Positions 40,807 to 53,058 of a stretch of DNA of 64,000 bases are shown here, one piece after another; position 1 is the first letter of the stretch, and every line of letters begins with the position of its first letter. The stretch lies in the NCBI RefSeq assembly GCF_964204865.1, contig NC_135250.1, positions 7,936,001 to 8,000,000 of the forward strand, written 5' to 3'. A model generated the notes under the pieces. That model was not told the DNA's origin. It saw nothing but the letters and a program-made list of their open reading frames with translations, and searched no databases. The DNA is from Styela clava (Eukaryota). Made by a program: the position numbers and the translations under genes.

Positions 40807-41078
40807 TGCAACTTTTTACGCTGTGTCGTTGTGAACCTATGGTTATTGATTTTCGGCGAATCCCCTTATACCCAATTTTTGCATCAGGATTTTAACCGAT
40901 TTACTTTGTTACTGTGTTTTTGGGCTCACGATGTTAATTTGTGACTTCATCGGATAAAAACTGATGCGTTTGATGGCTTCTATAAAATGAATGCGACTTT
41001 TTATGCTGTGTCGTTGTAAACCTGTGGTTATTGATTTTTGAGGAATCCCCTTATATCCAATTTTGCATCAGGATTTTT
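40807..41078. repeat. Direct repeat of ~87 bp, two copies
   Basis: atgc.actttttа-type start to gcatcaggatttt end at ~40807-40893 and ~40991-41078 (shared gctgtgtcgttgt...ggttattgatttt...gaatccccttata). Confidence 0.85.
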
Positions 41079-41427
41079 GAAGCAGGTTTTACAGAAAATG
41101 TGCAACTTCCGTTAGTGGGAACAAGCTGTAATGCGTTCAGTATGTTCATTTTTACACAAAATTAAGAATTTATTTACTACATGTGCGCTACGAAACCTAT
41201 TTTCTAGGCGCTTTTAAGGGCCTTGTCTCACGGTCGAGTATATTTTACTTGCTTTACCACAATCACGTACTTTACATGTGTTTAAATTACGTACTATTCC
41301 GTGTTGAATTCGCAATTTTTTCCTACAATACATGACGATATCCTTGAATTAAATATGCTCAAACAAATATTAGCTTCTACTTTGAATGTGGTGACAAAAT
41401 ATAGACTCTGGGTCAGTCTGGCTATAT

Positions 41428-42267
41428 TTATTTTTTCATAAAGATGGAAAACAATGAAAAGGTTATCTTCACAGTAACATCCTCGTCTTTCGTATTTGGA
41501 ATTTCCCAGTACTTCTTCAACTTTTGGAATAATGTATCATAGGCATTCACCGGGAAACTTTCAGAAAATTCCTGAAATATTGGCACAACCATACAGTCTT
41601 CTTTAAACTCTTTGAAGTTAGTGCGAATCTCAAATTTCACTTTGTCATCTCGCCATTTTTGCAATTTTGTGTCGATTCCGTCGTATAAACCTTGAAATCG
41701 ATCACAAACGTGTTGTACCGGATGATTTAATTTTATAGTGTAATCAGTTAGCGGTTGAATATAAAATTCCTTCAGAACACCATATCCTGATTTTAAATCT
41801 ATATCGCCATTTTCCAATTCCATATTTGATATCATAAAGCCGTAGGCAGCAACCATGCCGTTGGGCTTTAGCACCCTTTCGCATTCGTCTACAAATTTTG
41901 ATACATCTATGTATTGCAAAGAAAAACAACTTGTGACCAAATCGACGCTTTTGTCGTCACAGGGAAAGGCATCAGAGTTGCAAACGACGTAAGACACGTT
42001 TTCTTCCAATTCTATTTCCTGGGCTAGTTTTATTTGCTCAGAACTGACGTCAAATCCTAAGATTGAATTAAAATTAGGCGAAAAAGCTCTGGACGATCTT
42101 CCACTGCCGCATCCAACGTCGAGCATAAATTGGAACTTTACATTTTCATCAGATGTCTCGCCGTAGCATTCTGTTAACTCATATATAATTTTTGTAGTTA
42201 TCGCAGTATCCAACGGTGATTTCTTGGAGTATTTTATTACAGCATTTCTGCTGCTAAATTCATTCAT
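41428..42267 (-). CDS. Class I SAM-dependent methyltransferase, copy 2, intronless, 279 aa
   Basis: Intact ORF, collinear with copy 1; LDVGCGSG motif. Confidence 0.92.
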   Translation of the reverse strand: MNEFSSRNAVIKYSKKSPLDTAITTKIIYELTECYGETSDENVKFQFMLDVGCGSGRSSRAFSPNFNSILGFDVSSEQIKLAQEIELEENVSYVVCNSDAFPCDDKSVDLVTSCFSLQYIDVSKFVDECERVLKPNGMVAAYGFMISNMELENGDIDLKSGYGVLKEFYIQPLTDYTIKLNHPVQHVCDRFQGLYDGIDTKLQKWRDDKVKFEIRTNFKEFKEDCMVVPIFQEFSESFPVNAYDTLFQKLKKYWEIPNTKDEDVTVKITFSLFSIFMKK

Positions 42268-45200
42268 AGTACTTTTGTTTATAACAGAAATTGGATGCCG
42301 TATATACCTAATTTTATGTTTTGTAATCTGGTTAAATATATTAGTAGATTACAAGTTTAAAAAGTCATCAAAGTAATTTAAAACACTGAAAATCGGATCA
42401 ATCGAACCCGACGAAGTATCTCAAATGCAAGAGGGCGACGAGATCGCTATCGCCAAACTAATAGGAAAGAAGCGAGGTGTCTGATCTAACGGCGTTCACC
42501 TCCAACTTAAAATATCTCAATGGACAGATAACGAACCTCAACGTTCCTGAGCAAAGTGCCCCGTGTGACTCAAATCAATTCATATGGACAGTTACATATG
42601 GCGCAGACCAGTAAACAGTCAAATATGGAAGTGCTTGCGAACGCGAAGTTGGCGTGTTCAGCGTAATTTATTAATAACATAAAATAGATAAATAATATTG
42701 AGATTTCCTAACGACAGTATTCAATGTTTTTTTGAAGTTAACATTCGTTAATAAACAAAAGCATGACGCAATGTTGGTTGCTTGTCCAAATATTTTAAAC
42801 ACACATATTAAAACCGGTGTACACTAAAATATTTATACATACTATACCAGAACATGAAATATGAAACAGAGAGTCGGGAAATGCAACTATCAGCAATCAT
42901 ATTTTGTGCTTACTTTGAAGAGTTCAAGCATGAACGATCAAAAATATTTTTATATTCATCCACAAACCTCATGCTCTAATACAATACCTTTGCCTATCTA
43001 TAATCACTTCAATCACAATACTACGCATAAAACCCGTTTTGCAATCAATCTTCAATAGATTACCAGCTAGTGAGATAAGATTTCTAACTCTGGATTTTGC
43101 AAAATCGAAACAGGCTGTCGTGTGCATACATCGCAAATTACTAATAAGAAAAGAAAAATTGGTAATATTACAAACAAATTAAACACCACAGGAAGGAACG
43201 AATTACCTCTTCCTCCATTTGCTGATGGAATTCGGTATTCATAACCAGTTGGGAAACACAGCCCTTGAGCCCGTGTTCTTTGATAAGCAGGGAAATATAT
43301 TGCTCTCGTTTCATACATTTTTGGTATATAAATTGCGAGCATATGATTTAATATCCACATACTTTGTGTAGATTGGTATTTGCAATGATCGGTTCATTTC
43401 GAGTGGTGATTAGTACAAACTGTGAGCTTGTGTATCAATATGTGGAACAGTGAAAATTCCACAAATTAAAAAGGGCTAGACTGGACAAAATCTAAACTGG
43501 ACAAAATCTAAAACTGTTCACATTCCGAGGATACATATACAGTAGTTGGTATTATCCTAAAGTTTCGAAACCATGCGATAGAAAATTTTACCTATCTATT
43601 TGTACTGTATGTATCAATGTATGTACTCAAATCAATATTAGGTACCAATTTTTATATATTAAACGGATAAAGTTATATTTTGGCTACAAGGAAATTTTCT
43701 CCAATATTATTACGGTTGCGAGTATGTTATTCTTTCCACCCCCGGGGCAGTAAACTAAATTTCTCACGTATTTTATGCGAAAGTATCGTAATCCTGTTTT
43801 ATGGGTTGAAAACGCCAAAAAATGATAAATCAAAAAACGATGTACTGCAAAACATAATGAAATGAAGCAAGTTTTGCTAAAACTACTGATATTCGAAAGC
43901 ACACATCCACACCGAAAAATATTTTGAGGTCAGACATAAAAGGAGAAAAACTCAAGAATCGATTGTTTCTTTAGCTGCGACGAGACGAAAAACAAAATTT
44001 TAAAAAATTACATGCATAATTATACTCTTCTTTACGGGATTAAGTCTTTGACCAAAGCATCTGAATAACAATAGCTTTGAAATTGAGAAAACACATTTTG
44101 CGAAATATGCAAGCCATGCCAGGAAGATGTGTAAGAAAGTTTAGGTCTACTTCAGGCGAATTTGTCTCAACACGACACGGAAGCGGGAGACACTAACGCG
44201 AATTGCATAGCCTCCAATACTATATTGACAGTGACATCTCAATTTGCTGACGTACAGCCTAACCATTCTGAAACAAGTTCATTGATGTCCTATCTGAAAG
44301 AAATGTTTGAAACGTGCTTCCCGTCGACATCAATAGCCCACACCTCTCGAAACTGGGCCTCGTGGGCAACGCTGTAACTAAAATAAACAAACGCCTTTGT
44401 GCAGTCGATATAAAGAAGGTCGCGATGTGACAACGACTATTTACATTATTACTAACCCGACGAAGTATCTCCAATGCAAGAGGGCGACGAGATCGCTATC
44501 ACCGAATTAAGGAAACAGCGAGGTGAAGCCAGATCGCATTATAAATGCCTGATCTAACGGCGTTCAACTCCAGCTTAAAATATCTCAATGGACAGATAAC
44601 GAACGTCAAAGTTCCTGACCTAAGTGCTTCGTGTGACTTAACCGGGTCGTGGTTCGCCCTAGTGTTGAGCCGTCTTATCGGCTTTCCTCTCCCCGGGATA
44701 AATATATAAATCCCAATTTTTTACGTATAGACTGTAGAAGGTAATTAAAATGTAAAATACTGCTTCTCTTCTGAGAAGTATAAGCCTTCGGTCGTACTGA
44801 TGTATGTACGATACCTTACTTCGGTACTAGGCCTATAAACCTTTCCCCGAGCATCGACTTTCTTGTTTACTCCATGACATTGGCCAATCAGCAAGATGCA
44901 AAAAGTGACGTAACAGTGCTCCCCTTTCGCATCCACTCAGACACTTTTCTCACTCAGACACTTTTCTCACTCAGACAGATTTTCAGGCGTGGTCGTAAAC
45001 ATTACCTCGATTTCGCGTTTTTGAACTCCATTCGTTAGTTTTCAGTTGTGTTTCGGAAATTTAAATATAAATCAGATAATTCAATGATCACCCAAACTTC
45101 TTAGGAGTTTTAATTTGATTGCAGTAATAAAAAATTAGTGTAGAAATAGCTGTGATAGACTAGGCCAAAAAATTTACCGGTTGTTTTAAAAAACAGATTG

Positions 45201-46434
45201 TTATATGCGATGAAGCATAATAATGGTGTGAACAAATACCACATTTTACAGGTGCCAACTCGCGAAACCCATCTAAAATAAACCCCGAAAATTTTGCAAT
45301 GGTAAAGTATAGGAAAAATTTTTCGGGGGTCAAAGGTCGGGGAAAGATCCATAGGGTACCGGTAGTGCAGTCACTGCTAAACAAATGCGACAATGGGTTT
45401 TAAAGATCAAGTAGAATAAAGAAAATCGAGGGAGGAATTGAATGTGTTCGAGCACGTGCTATTTTATCATTTGTCGGTACCGGTACCGATTAATTTTGCC
45501 CCTAAGAATACTGGATAACAGACTGATCGTCCTACCCCATCCGGTTCATCGCACAGCCACGGTACTCAAATTTTACTACGAGAGTACGATACAGTATCGG
45601 TACATGTTCTGCGGAGAGTAACAATATATAATAAATTATTGGACACAACAAAACTTATGTACAGGTACGTTAGTAAGTCGACTTAAAACTTTGGGAACAC
45701 CGTTTGTGCGCGTAGGATGACAACGTTGGTCCCAAGTAGAAGCAAAACTTTTTAAAACAAAAACGCTTGACAACGATTGGCCGGCATATTCGTGTTTTTT
45801 TTACTAGTGACAACGATGGGACCCATACTACTGGAAAGTATGATGTTGCCAAACCTTTCGAAAGTTTCAAACCCGACGATTGCAGTTATAAAACTGTTAT
45901 AAAACTGCACAGGCACGGAACATGCGTTTTGTGGGAGGAATTATACTGCATTCCTAATGTATATTGAACTCAATGTCTTTCGTCTCATTTAATCGGTAAG
46001 TACGACAATAATTCTTCATTCCGTTTTAGAATATTTTTATAATCATTTCACACATCTTGAAGATTTCGAATGTAAAGACCTCTGCAAATCTTACTGGGAA
46101 CGTTGTGGATTTTGCACGTGAAAAACCCTATTAAATCTACAGCATGCGTTAGTGAAAGGGAAAGATGTGTTTAATTAAGTAAAAATCGCGTAATTAAAGT
46201 GTGCATTATATACGCACAATATCACATTGTAACATACTTGTTGAAACACCGTATATTTTTCTTGCTATACCACAATAATTCACGTTTTTTACAAGTGTAT
46301 GAATTACGTACTATCAAGCGTTGAATTCGTCATTTTTTTTACAAAACATGACAACTTCTGTGACTTAACATTGTTCAAACAAATTTTAGTTTCTACCTTA
46401 AATGTGGGAAACAAAATATAGACTCTGGCTAGAT

Positions 46435-47255
46435 TTATTTTTTCATAAAGATGGAAAACAACGAAAAGGTTATCTTCACAGTAACATCCTCGTCTTCCGT
46501 ATTTGGAATTTCCCAATACTTCTTCAGCTTTCGGAATAATGTATCATAGGCATTCACCGGGAAACTTTCAGAAAATTTCTGAAATATTGGCACAACCATA
46601 TAGTCTTCTTTAAACTCTTTGAAGTTAGGGCGAATCTCAAATTTCACTTTGTCATCTCGCCATTTCTGCAATTTTGTGTCGATTCTGTCGTATAAAGCTT
46701 GAAAGCGATCGCAAACGTGTTGTTCCGGGTGATTCATTTTTTTCACGTAATCAGTTAGCGGTTGAAAGTAAAAGTCATGGAAAACACCATATCCTGATTT
46801 TGAATCTATATCGCTGTTTTCTAATTCAATATCTGATATCATAAAGCCGTAAGCAGCAACCATGCCTTTGGGCTTTAGCACTCTTTCGCATTCGTCTACA
46901 AATTTTGATACATCCATGTATTGCAAAGAAAAACAACTTGTGACCAAATCGACGCTTTTGTCGTCACAGGGAAAAGCATCGGAGTTGCCAACGACGTAAG
47001 ACATGTTTTCTTCCAATTCTTTCTCCTGAGCTAGTTTGATTTGCTCAGAGATTGAATTAAAATTAGGCGAAAAAGCTCTGGTCGATCTCCACTGCCGCAT
47101 CCAACGTCGAGCATAAATTGAAACTTCACACTCTCATCAGATGTTGCGCCGTAGCATTTTGTTAACTCATATATGACTTTTGTAGTTATCGCAGTATCCA
47201 ATGGAGATGTCTTGGAGTATTTTATTGCAGCATCTCTGCTGCTAAATTCGTTCAT
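46435..47255 (-). pseudogene. Methyltransferase copy 3, pseudogene
   Basis: A 1-nt deletion near 47088 just after GCGSG causes a frameshift (split into ORFs 47031-47255 and 46435-47100); an 18-nt in-frame deletion near 47050 removes LGFDVS. Confidence 0.85.
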
Positions 47256-47931
47256 AGTACTTTTGCGAATAACAAAAATTGGATGTCGTACATACGTAAC
47301 TTTATATTTTGTAATTTGATTAAATATATATATTATTAGATTACAAGTTTTAAAAAGTCATCAAAGTAATTTAAAACACTGGAAATTGGATTTTTCTCAA
47401 TCCCCTCCCTTTTCTATTCCAAATATGCCTATATGGTCACCAAAAACCAGTCAGTATCTGCAGTATTTTTGTGGTGAAAACTTTATAAATGAGTGGTCAC
47501 ATTTGTGCAAATCAAAATATTAAATACTTTGTCTCAAATGTCCGATTATGTATCCGAATAAAATTTGGACAATCGGAAAGTTGGAATGTTTGAAATGCAG
47601 AATCAGTTTCTGATGAGTGCTTCATAGACAACGTTATAAGTTCTAATTATAACCTTACCTCGACGATAAATGCAAAACGCACCGCCTACTCAATTAACCG
47701 ATAAACATACTTCACATTCATTTTTGTTTGCAATCGTACTCTACAATATACCTTTTTAGCCCCCCTAAATCTGGCATATATTACCTATTTGTAAATATAT
47801 TGTCCCAACCCAGTAAAACTGATGTTATAGTCGCAGATCGAATGCGCGTAAAGCAACGTCCGATATTGATTCGTTTGCCTCGCCTTGCCGGAAACAGAAA
47901 CGCTGATACGCGATAACATGTGAAATGATAA

Positions 47932-48213
47932 AACAAGAGAGCTATGCTCAAATATATGGACACGTCACAAGGTGTCGCTATTTTTTATTTTGACACATAA
48001 AAAACGAATCTCTCGAAGTCCACAGAAATTCTTGAAATAAGTAAAAGTAATAGCCTTCTGGCAAAAAAAAACAATCTGTAACCATTGAAAATTTCAAAGC
48101 AATTGGTCCAGTATTCGAAGAGAAAAGCGATTTCATCATGACGAAGGAGGAGAATAACAAGAAATACAACATAATATTAAAACGATTGTTATATACACTG
48201 CCGTATCCAATAA
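47932..48213 (-). mobile_element. Helentron/HINE-like element, second copy
   Basis: aacaagagagctatgctcaaatatatggacacg...aaatttcaaagcaattggtccagta...cgtatccaataa, shared with 2561-2956; absent from the paralogous site near 37185. Confidence 0.6.
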
Positions 48214-49537
48214 GCAGATCGATCGATCTGTCATTAAAGTTCGTCACACAAATGAAATGAATTAAATAATCAATTAAGCGGATATTTCACTGTAGAGTTG
48301 ATAAACTCTTAGTTCGTGTTACATCAATTCATCCTATATACGTGAATTAAAGTTCCGCAGAAATATGTGTTACATCAGTAATAAAATATTGGCGTATATA
48401 TTACCTCGATAGATTGGCAATCTGTCACGGTAATCATGTAAGTAAGAATAAAAAGGATCGTGTATTACAATATTGCTCATGGTTTGAATACAGGTACAGT
48501 TTTCTTAAGAATTAATATAATTCTTGATCATTCCGAATCCACCAAAGCGTTGATTCGCCTGTAAGCACTTCATCATTTTGACCAGTGTTCATGGCTGGGC
48601 ACGTGCTTAGGGCACCACAGAAATTCCCATACCTAAATCTCCAATGGTGCCTCAGTGTTCAATAAAACATTTCAAATTGATTAGGCGATTCAGACCTCAA
48701 TATTGGACATGTTGAAATAAATTTTCGCTTATTTTTCTTTCTCAAGTATAATCTTAAACCTCTCTATGAATGTTTGAAAGCGTTGAAGCTAAATCAATGG
48801 ACTTCTCGACCCTTGACCCCGGAAAAATTCCTATTATACTTTACTATTACGAAAATTTTGATGCTTATTTTGAGAAAGTTGACGCTTACAAACTGGTTTG
48901 GGTGTTTGAAACTATTTGACCATGTGCCAATTGCGGGTACTGACTAAATCTGACAAATACCACGCAAAACCACTGAAACGAAGCAATAAGTGCAACGATG
49001 CCTTAGGGGCCTGTGCGGACATTCGATTTTAAAATATAAATCATTTTCAAATCGTTTTGAAACTATAAAGGCTTGTTCCATAATGAAACAGGTCTGATAT
49101 TTGTTCAAATTGTTAATCGGGCTATTAATTCTTGTCCTAAACATTAACAATCGATTGGGGAAAATATTGAATACGATAAAATAAACAAATTTCTCTAAAT
49201 TTGAAAAACTTTACTCCTCTAACCTTAAAACTGCTTAAATTAGCGGAGCGGTTGGTGGAGTAAAACCCCAACTCACTCCTCCAGAGGTCAATAAGCACAC
49301 AGTATATTATAATGCCAAATGTTTGTGTGTAGTTTTGTTGCACGATCGAGCTGAATCCGAACAAATATAGGGAAATATACACCTAAATCTTAATACCAGT
49401 TAGAAGGTTGAAATCCAAATCCGTAATTCTGCAAAAACATGAAAAGCACTATATTCTCATCTCTCAAACGAAGGCCGAAACACGTCAAAAGTTGCTCGAT
49501 ACAAAGAACGGTCAACAAAGAAGCAATGCTATGACTT

Positions 49538-49737
49538 GGTTCCATTACATTTGAACCCACGTACATTTGAACCCACGACAATTGCACCTGTATACTGTTG
49601 CACCTATGGATTTTTTACGGATATTTGAATCCATACTAACCAATGAATTTTAGCAACCTCATATAGATTGAACCCGCGGATATACGGGTGCAAATGTATT
49701 GGTTCAAATGTACGTGGGTTCAAGATGTACGGTCACC
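49538..49737. mobile_element. Mutator-like MITE
   Basis: GG...CC termini; long imperfect IRs with repeated tacatttgaacccacg; 9-bp TSD ctatgactt at 49529-49537 and 49738-49746; the paralogous site near 38340 is empty. Confidence 0.85.
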
Positions 49738-50516
49738 CTATGACTTGTTGTGACAAATCACAATCAGAGGAAATAGGGCACTGATCAATTTATTGAATTT
49801 ACATACTTTTAATTCAAAGGAATTAAATAATATTAAAATGCATATAGTTAACAAAGTTTCAAGAGCTTAGGACCCCCCAAAGTCATAGTTAGGCCTTGTC
49901 AGTGTCGCTTACTTTTCTTATGGATATTGAATAACCTATCAGATATAAATATATTATTATTTGAATTGCAATGAATAAGTAATTAACGGGGAATATTGGA
50001 AATTACTTAAAGAAAGAACATCGCTATCTCAAAATATACACGTAATATGGGAACAGTCTAATCCGTAATCCCGAAAATGCCTTAGGCATATTTGGCTAAT
50101 TTTATTCGAAAAAACCGTAGTGGGATAAACACAAGTTTATCTGAATTGCATTGCCAGGGTCAAATTACCCGTTGTTGAGCTGCAGTTGTCTATTTGCGCT
50201 GGGGTGATGATGTCTTTCCTTTTTTTCTGGAACTAACAAATCCCTTAATTGTGTAATCCACACAGAAACTACTGCAGCCCTTTGAAAAATCACAGTGCTT
50301 TCCATATGAAACGATATATTTATTTTATATATTTATACATATTGTGTAAAAACTGTTTATTATTTTCTATAAGTAATTGTACAATTTGGTTTCCTTCACA
50401 ACAAATGACCGCACACACGGCAGCTTGCAATTGTAAAACTCTATAAAGCATGGATTTCGTCAGACATTGAGATTTTTGTCCAGGTTGGGTTATATTAAAC
50501 AACACAAACACATGAT

Positions 50517-51930
50517 AAAAAAGCAACCGTGAATGGAACTTGAATTTCAAATCTATTCGTCACCTAATCCTAATGGGTCATTTACGGATTAATTAGTTCA
50601 ACTAAAAGAGTTGCCAATACAACATTTTGGTCTACTTGATTCTATAAGAAAGAAGTATAGCATACTTGAAATGGAGGACAAAATTTTTGTAATATTTTTA
50701 CAGAATTAAGACGTAACTCTTGATGATGACATGGAGTTTTTTGTTTCAAATCGACCAATCAAAGTGTATTCGCCCGGGTTTTGCGATAATTGAAGCCTTT
50801 CAGCTCTTACGGTAGACGACGCAAATCATTAACACGCAATTATTACGTTAATACGACATATAATTTATACGTTGAAACTATTCACGAAGCTCTGAAATGG
50901 ATAGAGTGCCACATCATGAAATACTCACATAGTGCGTTTCTTGTGATATTGTTCCACACCCGAAAAAAGGGGCTTTATCGGCGGTACGCTGCCAGAGTAA
51001 AACACTGAAGTGGTACCCAGTCGGTAAAAGGTTGAGAGCAATACCATAGCTGTATGCGCTCAATGGTAATTATTTACTGGAGGGCAGTTATACATATACA
51101 TGCGAAAGCGTTATTTTTTTTTTATGATAATATACTTATTATTGTAATATACAACGTAATACGTAACGTAACTTATTATTGTAATATACAACGTCCAAAT
51201 TGTTGCAAGGTAAGACCTAGTATGGGACGAAGGAAAAAGAAACGTATCAGACCACTTCGAGAACACATGGAGATGAAACAAAATTGATTTGGAAATTAAA
51301 AAAGCAACCGTGAATGGAACTTGAATTTCAAATCTATTCGTCACCTAATCCTAATGGGTCATTTACGGATTAATTAGTTCAACTAAAAGAGTTGCCAATA
51401 CAACATTTTGGTCTACATTGATTCTATAATAAAGAAGTATAGCATACTTGAAATGGATGACAAAATTTTTGTAATATTTTTACAGAATTAAGACGTAACT
51501 CTTGATGATGACATCGAGTTTCTTGTTTCAAATCGACCAATCAAAGTGTATTCGCCGAGTTTTGCGATAATTGAAGCCTTTCAGCTCTTACGGTAGACGA
51601 CGCAAATCATCTCGTGAGTTAACACGCAATTATTACGTTATTACGACATATAATTTATACGTTGAAACTATGCACGAAGCTCTAAAATGGATAGAGTGCC
51701 ACATCATAAAATACTCACATAGTGCGTTTCTTGTGACATTGTTCCACACCCAAAAAAAAGGGGCTTTATCGGCGGTACGCCGCCAGAGTAAAACACTAAA
51801 GTGGTACCCAGTCGGTAAAAGGTTGAGAGCAATACCATAGCCGTATGCGCTCAATGGTAATTATTTACTGGAGTACAGTTATACATATACATACGAAAGC
51901 GTTATTATTTTTCTATGATAATATACTTAT
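50517..51930. repeat. Recent ~780-bp tandem duplication
   Basis: Units start aaaaagcaaccgtgaatgg at ~50517 and ~51298 and are near-identical; the 51189-51294 segment recurs at ~54649-54756. Confidence 0.93.
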
Positions 51931-52212
51931 AGTCGTCTAGATATCAATATGCGATGTCCGGTGAGCAACGAAGACAGTCAAAGAATTTGGAAAAAAATAA
52001 TGATTATAAATATGTGAAAGTAAAAAAAGTGTTGCGCAATAATACGAACTTAACTTTCAGAGATGTAGTTCACAGAAAAAGCTAGAAATGCGTCAATTTC
52101 AGCAAATATGAGTTTCACAAATTTAACTTAGAACTTTAACTTAGTTTGCGTAAATTTAGTCCATAAGCCTTTTTATTTTTATATATCCTCCCTTGAAGAT
52201 ACAGCAAAGAAT

Positions 52213-53058
52213 TCAGGGTAATTGTTTCAAAAATACGATGAACACAGAAAAAGTCAATTTGATTTTGACATCTGCATCGTTTTCTTCCTTCATCTTCCAC
52301 AACTCTTTCAACTTTTTGCACAAAATATCAATCGGGCTTTCAGAAAAACTTTCATGGAACTTGCGAAAGATAGGAATGCACTGGAATTGAGACTTGAGGT
52401 CATTCAGAGTACACGTATTGTCAAATTCTACAATATCGTTTCTCCACTTTTTCATTCCAGTAATGCTATCATAAATTGACTGATATTTGTCAATGGCGTG
52501 CTTTTGTGGATGATTCAATTCGTGAACGAATTCAGTAAGAGGTTTCAGGTAGTATTCATTATAAATATCCATTCCAGACAGAGAAATATTCTCATTGCAA
52601 TCGTCAAGTATAAGATCCAAAACCGCTAGACCATACGCAGCTACAATTCCATTGGGTTTTAACACCCTCTTGCATTCGGCAACAAATTTTTCTGTGTCCA
52701 TGTAATGAATAGCAAAAGAGCTTGCAACCAAGTCTACGCTTTCGTTTTCACATGGAAAATTGTCTTCTGTTCCGGTCACATACGTTACGTTATCATTCTG
52801 TTCTGATTCTTGTGCCATTTGAATTTGTTCCAGACTTATATCAAATCCGACAACTGAATGGAAATACGGCGCGAAGATTCGCGTTGATCTTCCACTTCCA
52901 CATCCAGCGTCTACCATCTTCTGAAATGGGATATTTTCTTCGACAGGCATATTGCAACTCTTTCGCAGCTCATGCATAATTGTCTCCGGCACTGCTTCTG
53001 CCCATTCTCGTTTCTTAGCGTAACATGTAACAATATCTCGGTTATTATATTCGTTCAT
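52213..53058 (-). CDS. Class I SAM-dependent methyltransferase, divergent copy 4, intronless, 281 aa
   Basis: VDAGCGSGRSTR, GFDISLEQI, SVDLV, AIHY and RVLKPNG; collinear with copies 1-3 but more diverged. Confidence 0.92.
   Translation of the reverse strand: MNEYNNRDIVTCYAKKREWAEAVPETIMHELRKSCNMPVEENIPFQKMVDAGCGSGRSTRIFAPYFHSVVGFDISLEQIQMAQESEQNDNVTYVTGTEDNFPCENESVDLVASSFAIHYMDTEKFVAECKRVLKPNGIVAAYGLAVLDLILDDCNENISLSGMDIYNEYYLKPLTEFVHELNHPQKHAIDKYQSIYDSITGMKKWRNDIVEFDNTCTLNDLKSQFQCIPIFRKFHESFSESPIDILCKKLKELWKMKEENDADVKIKLTFSVFIVFLKQLP

Larger units (their letters stand above)
43624..49960. repeat. Segmental duplication unit carrying methyltransferase copy 3
   Basis: Collinear similarity to 32080-38600, with copy-specific indels and TE insertions. 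Confidence 0.85.

Noticed and set aside
47031-47100. Compensating frameshifts rescuing methyltransferase copy 3
   Set aside because: The second deletion is exactly 18 nt (in frame), so the 1-nt frameshift is not corrected.
35706-53058. Horizontal transfer from bacteria of the intronless methyltransferases
   Set aside because: Lack of introns alone is not evidence; composition resembles the host and this family is widespread in animals. A phylogeny would be needed.
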